A DNA stretch of 62,879 bases, filler included, from Thraustochytrium aureum (taxonomy: Eukaryota), in NCBI GenBank assembly GCA_012862495.1. It is 4 parts of 2 records of this genome, joined end to end, with 100 filler letters (N's around TTAATTAATTAA, not from the genome) between each part and the next. Parts side by side here need not be neighbours in the genome. Positions count along the whole stretch, not along the records: positions 48,499 to 61,379 come from BLSG01000114.1; positions 61,480 to 62,879 come from BLSG01000118.1; 2 more parts are not named here. One strand, given 5' to 3'. A program made the position numbers and the translations under genes. Positions 59,676 through 62,879 of the stretch are shown here, one piece after another (the stretch's first letter is position 1; each line of letters begins with the position of its first letter). Under the pieces are notes generated by a model. The model was not told the origin of the DNA. It saw only the letters and a program-made list of their open reading frames with translations, and made no database searches.

Positions 59676-60613
59676 TCACACCGGCGCCGCGCCACGCGCC
59701 GGCGCCTGTGCAGGAACGACCATGCACTGCCAGTGGTGGTTCTCACAACAGGTGCGCTCTTCGATTCCTGAGGGGCGGTGCGAGAGCGACCGGAACGGGT
59801 TCTCCTCCGGCCCCCAAGCCCAGGTGAACGGCGCAGCCGCGGATATAGAGTCAAAGTCGTCGTCGGCCTCGAGGGCGTTGTACGATGCCACAATTGTCGG
59901 CGTCCCCCGCTTGTGCAGGAACGCGAGCGTTGGCGCCCCAAGAGTCGTACCCCCCACACGCCGGCGTTGAAGCAAAACGCTGCGTGCGCGGCCGCCCATC
60001 GTGCATCTGCAAGGNNNNNNNNNNNNNNNNNNNNNNNNNNNNNNNNNNNNNNNNNNNNNNNNNNNNNNNNNNNNNNNNNNNNNNNNNNNNNNNNNNNNNN
60101 NNNNNNNNNNNNNNNNNNNNNNNNNNNNNNNNNNNNNNNNNNNNNNNNNNNNNNNNNNNNNNNNNNNNNNNNNNNNNNNNNNNNNNNNNNNNNNNNNNNN
60201 NNNNNNNNNNNNNNNNNNNNNNNNNNGAGGGTTCCCAGCTCGACCGTCGCCGTGACCCCGTCCGCCTCCACGGGCACGTTCGGACCTACAAGAAGCAGCA
60301 GGACGCGCTGCACTTCAGGCGACGCCTCGCCGACCAGCGCCAGCAGGGCCCGAAACCCTTCAAGCGCAGCGTCGCGCTTCGCCTCCACATAGTCCGCGCC
60401 AACGACGTGCACCACCAGTTCGCGCGGCCCGGTCCCGCCGCCGACCAGGCCAAGCCTGGCAAGCGCCAGCCACATCGTCATCGGCCTCGTTTGCTCTGCG
60501 GCCCGGCGTTTCTCCGCCTCCTCGTCCGGCGCTTCCCAGCGCTCCCGTCCATCATCGGCTCGCGCTCCACCGATTTCGACCCAGTTTCGCCACCCCGTCG
60601 CCCACCCCGCCAT
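59676..60613 (-). CDS. MSS51/ZMYND15-like C-terminal (methyltransferase-like fold) domain protein; gap 60015-60226
   Basis: PMT..VVHVVGADYVE..LLLVGPNV, AFCFNAGVWG-YDSW-x-PTL, VASYNALEA and GPEENPFRSL. Homopolymer indels near 59935-59955. Confidence 0.72.
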
Positions 60614-60968
60614 GCCTGTCGGGCGTGCGGGTGCCTTGGCAGCCTCGTGCGCCTTGTGCGCCGTGCGGCCGCGCTATCGTAGTCGTTGTTCTTCGACTTG
60701 CTCTCGTTGGGCGTGCATGGATTGAGCAGCGCTCGTGGCCTGCGGCCTGCGCGTCGCTCGCCGCCTGCGTCGAAGGTATGCCACAAGGTCTTCAGGTTGT
60801 GCGAGGTCACGACAGTGCGAAGGAGGAGCAGGAGAGCAAGTACTTACTCCCAGACACGCTGTCCAGACACGCACAGCGTGGCGGCAGGCAAGACACGCAA
60901 CGCGCAGGGCGAGGCGGCGAGCGGCTGGACACGGCAAGGCGAGAGCGCTCCGCGCGGCGACCGGCAGG

Positions 60969-61033
60969 ATGGTCAGGGTACAGAACGTGGACGAGGCGCT
61001 GGAGGCGATCAAACGCGGCGAGACGGAGGTTGA
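60969..61033 (+). CDS. Probable short first exon of a gene cut by the scaffold end (possibly an LRR/NLRC3-like protein)
   Basis: MVRVQNVDEALEAIKRGETEV-GA followed by a perfect GTGAGT donor. The peptide looks like the N-cap of ribonuclease-inhibitor-type LRR proteins (recollection, not searched). Confidence 0.45.
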
Positions 61034-61379
61034 GTGAGTTGCCGGCGAGGCGGTCTGTCTGCTGCGGCGCCGAGCTGCCTGTCGGCTAACAAGCTCGCGT
61101 CCAACTGCATCGCGTCAACAACAGTCTGGAGGGGAAGAAAACCGGTGACGCGGGCGCTGAAAAGCTGGCAAAGGCCCTGCAAGGCAACAGGACCGTCACT
61201 TTGGTCTCGTAAGTCGTTGCAGGGATGGCGCCGCAGCGCGGCGTGTCGAACGCGCTCGCTCCTCCTTCCTTCCCTATCTGCTGCTTGCACGGTCGAGCCC
61301 CCTTCCCTTTCTCGCTAGCTCGCTTGCTGACGAAACTACATGCTGCCGTCATCCATCTACTCATCCATCCATCATCAAC

Positions 61380-61479
61380 NNNNNNNNNNNNNNNNNNNNN
61401 NNNNNNNNNNNNNNNNNNNNNNNTTAATTAATTAANNNNNNNNNNNNNNNNNNNNNNNNNNNNNNNNNNNNNNNNNNNN
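61380..61479. other. Artificial scaffold linker N44-TTAATTAATTAA-N44
   Basis: Same 100-bp structure as the other two. Confidence 0.97.
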
Positions 61480-61521
61480 AAAACGACGGCGTTCGCCGGC
61501 TCCAGCTGTAGAACTGGAGAG

Positions 61522-62879
61522 CTAGATCTGCAGGAGGTCGCGCCACTTGCCGTCGCAGCACTTTTCCTCCAAGACCGCAGCAAAGGCCTCGTAAAAGCCC
61601 TCGGGCGGCCGCACGTCGCCGAACGCGCGACGCTCGAGCTCGTCGATGTCGAGCTCGTCGTCGACATCCCTCGTCCTCCCCCTCTTGGGCGTTCTGCTTG
61701 CCGGAAGGGGCGGCCGCTGCTGCGGCAAGAGGGGCTGTTTGCGCCTCGGCGTTCTCCGTGCCACATGGCCGGTACTCCACCCCGCATCGACGGCAAGCCT
61801 CCATGACCATGTGCTCGAGCGGGGAGAAGAACTTGTTGTGCAGATTGTGGCCCGGGCAAAACGGACGCAAGAACATCGTGCCAAGCTCCTTGAGGTGGAG
61901 GCCGTGCTGCGCCCCGGCCTTTAAGAGCCAGCGTGCAAATCACGTTGGTTGCCACGCACCCTTCAGGAAACCCCAGTTCGCGCAGCGTGCAGGCATCACG
62001 CTCCGGGTCGATGTTGGCAATCACGTCCAGCGTCGCTTGGTCGAATTTCATGTCGGCCTGGGCCCAGTATTGCCAGTCAAAGTAGGCCTCGGCCAGGAAG
62101 TGCCAGTCCGGCAACGAGAGGCCGTGGTCAATCGGAATGAGACTGACTTGGCCCGTTTCCGGGTCCTTGCGGCACAGGATGTTGCCGGAGTGCCTGTCAG
62201 TCTGCATGATGCGCAGGTCGAGGATGCCGATCCCGTGGACCTGGCGCGGGCTCGCCAGGCGCACAAGATCGGGCCGGTCCTCCGCCGATCCATCGCTCTC
62301 ACAAAACCTCTGAAGCGACCCGCGCTTCCTCTGGTACATCGGGATCGCTTCGCCGACGACTGAAGACTCGCTCTGTTTCTGCTGCGGGAGCTTGGACCAG
62401 ACAAGCGCTGTTTCGGGCACCCCGCTGAATCTCCCGACGTTTTTGTCAAGCAGGTAGGCGGCTCGCTCGCGCTTGGCACCTCCACCCACCACCAGGCCAG
62501 CGCGCTCGGGGTTGCGCCCGCCGACGCGCATGGCAGCCTTCGCGCCAGTCTCCTCGTCTTCGGGCTTGAACACGGCAAGCTTTGATGCGTACCGCTTCCG
62601 CATCCGGCTCGCCCCCTGGCTGGCGCTCGGCCCGCTTAACGAGCCCACGCTGCTCGCCGCGCTGATCGTGCTGGCGTTACTGTCGCTGCGGCTCAGCACC
62701 GCAGAACGACCAGAGTGCTGCTCGCTCCCGGGACTCGCCACTGCCCGCTTCATCAGGCGTTCCACTGGCGACACCGCCTCCTCGGGCCCGTACAGCAAAC
62801 CTGCGCTCGCGCTCCGCGAAGGAACGCGCACGTGGAGAGCGCCAACGCTGCCCCAAACCTGGGAAGTGGCCTCTCCTTC
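61522..62879 (-). CDS. Type II phosphatidylinositol 4-kinase (PI4K-gamma-like), 5'-partial
   Basis: AVFKPEDEE, RERAAYLLD, FSGVPETALV, GSLQRF, ILDLRIMQTDRHSGNIL, LIPIDHGLSLP and FDWQYWAQA. The frame is open to the window end; frameshifts near 61920 and 61670. Confidence 0.9.

Overview
Gene-dense, GC-rich, intron-poor eukaryotic DNA from a draft genome. It is most likely a heterotrophic stramenopile such as a thraustochytrid/labyrinthulomycete; this is an inference from GT-AG introns, a ciliary transition-zone gene, eukaryotic gene content and protein style. The window is not one locus: three artificial 100-bp spacers (N44-TTAATTAATTAA-N44) join four separate scaffolds (1-29574, 29675-48398, 48499-61379, 61480-62879). 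Many genes carry single-base indels in homopolymer runs, typical of pyrosequencing-type error. About 22 genes are recognisable. Conventional ones are RecQ helicase, iron-containing alcohol dehydrogenase, an EF-hand protein, ATG1/ULK kinase, TMEM231, RPS10 (with intron), a sterol desaturase-family enzyme, an MSS51-like protein, a DysF protein and a type II PI4-kinase. Less usual ones are a GAF-GAF-guanylate cyclase, a WW-SAM-RVxF acidic scaffold, a protein bracketed by two copies of an unusual 8-ligand zinc finger, an EGF-7TM receptor, a giant Cys-repeat protein ending in a J domain, SECIS-binding protein 2 with extra modules, three Cys-less pentameric ligand-gated channel paralogues and a divergent mitochondrial carrier. 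The most striking candidate for an undescribed system is at 13853-16587: a putative Cys/His DNA-binding domain apparently fused, across a sequence gap, to a fatty-acid-binding-protein-like barrel. That would be a possible nuclear-receptor analogue, i.e. a lipid-sensing transcription factor. No rRNA, tRNA, CRISPR array or recognisable transposon was found. All family calls are by motif recognition, without database searches.
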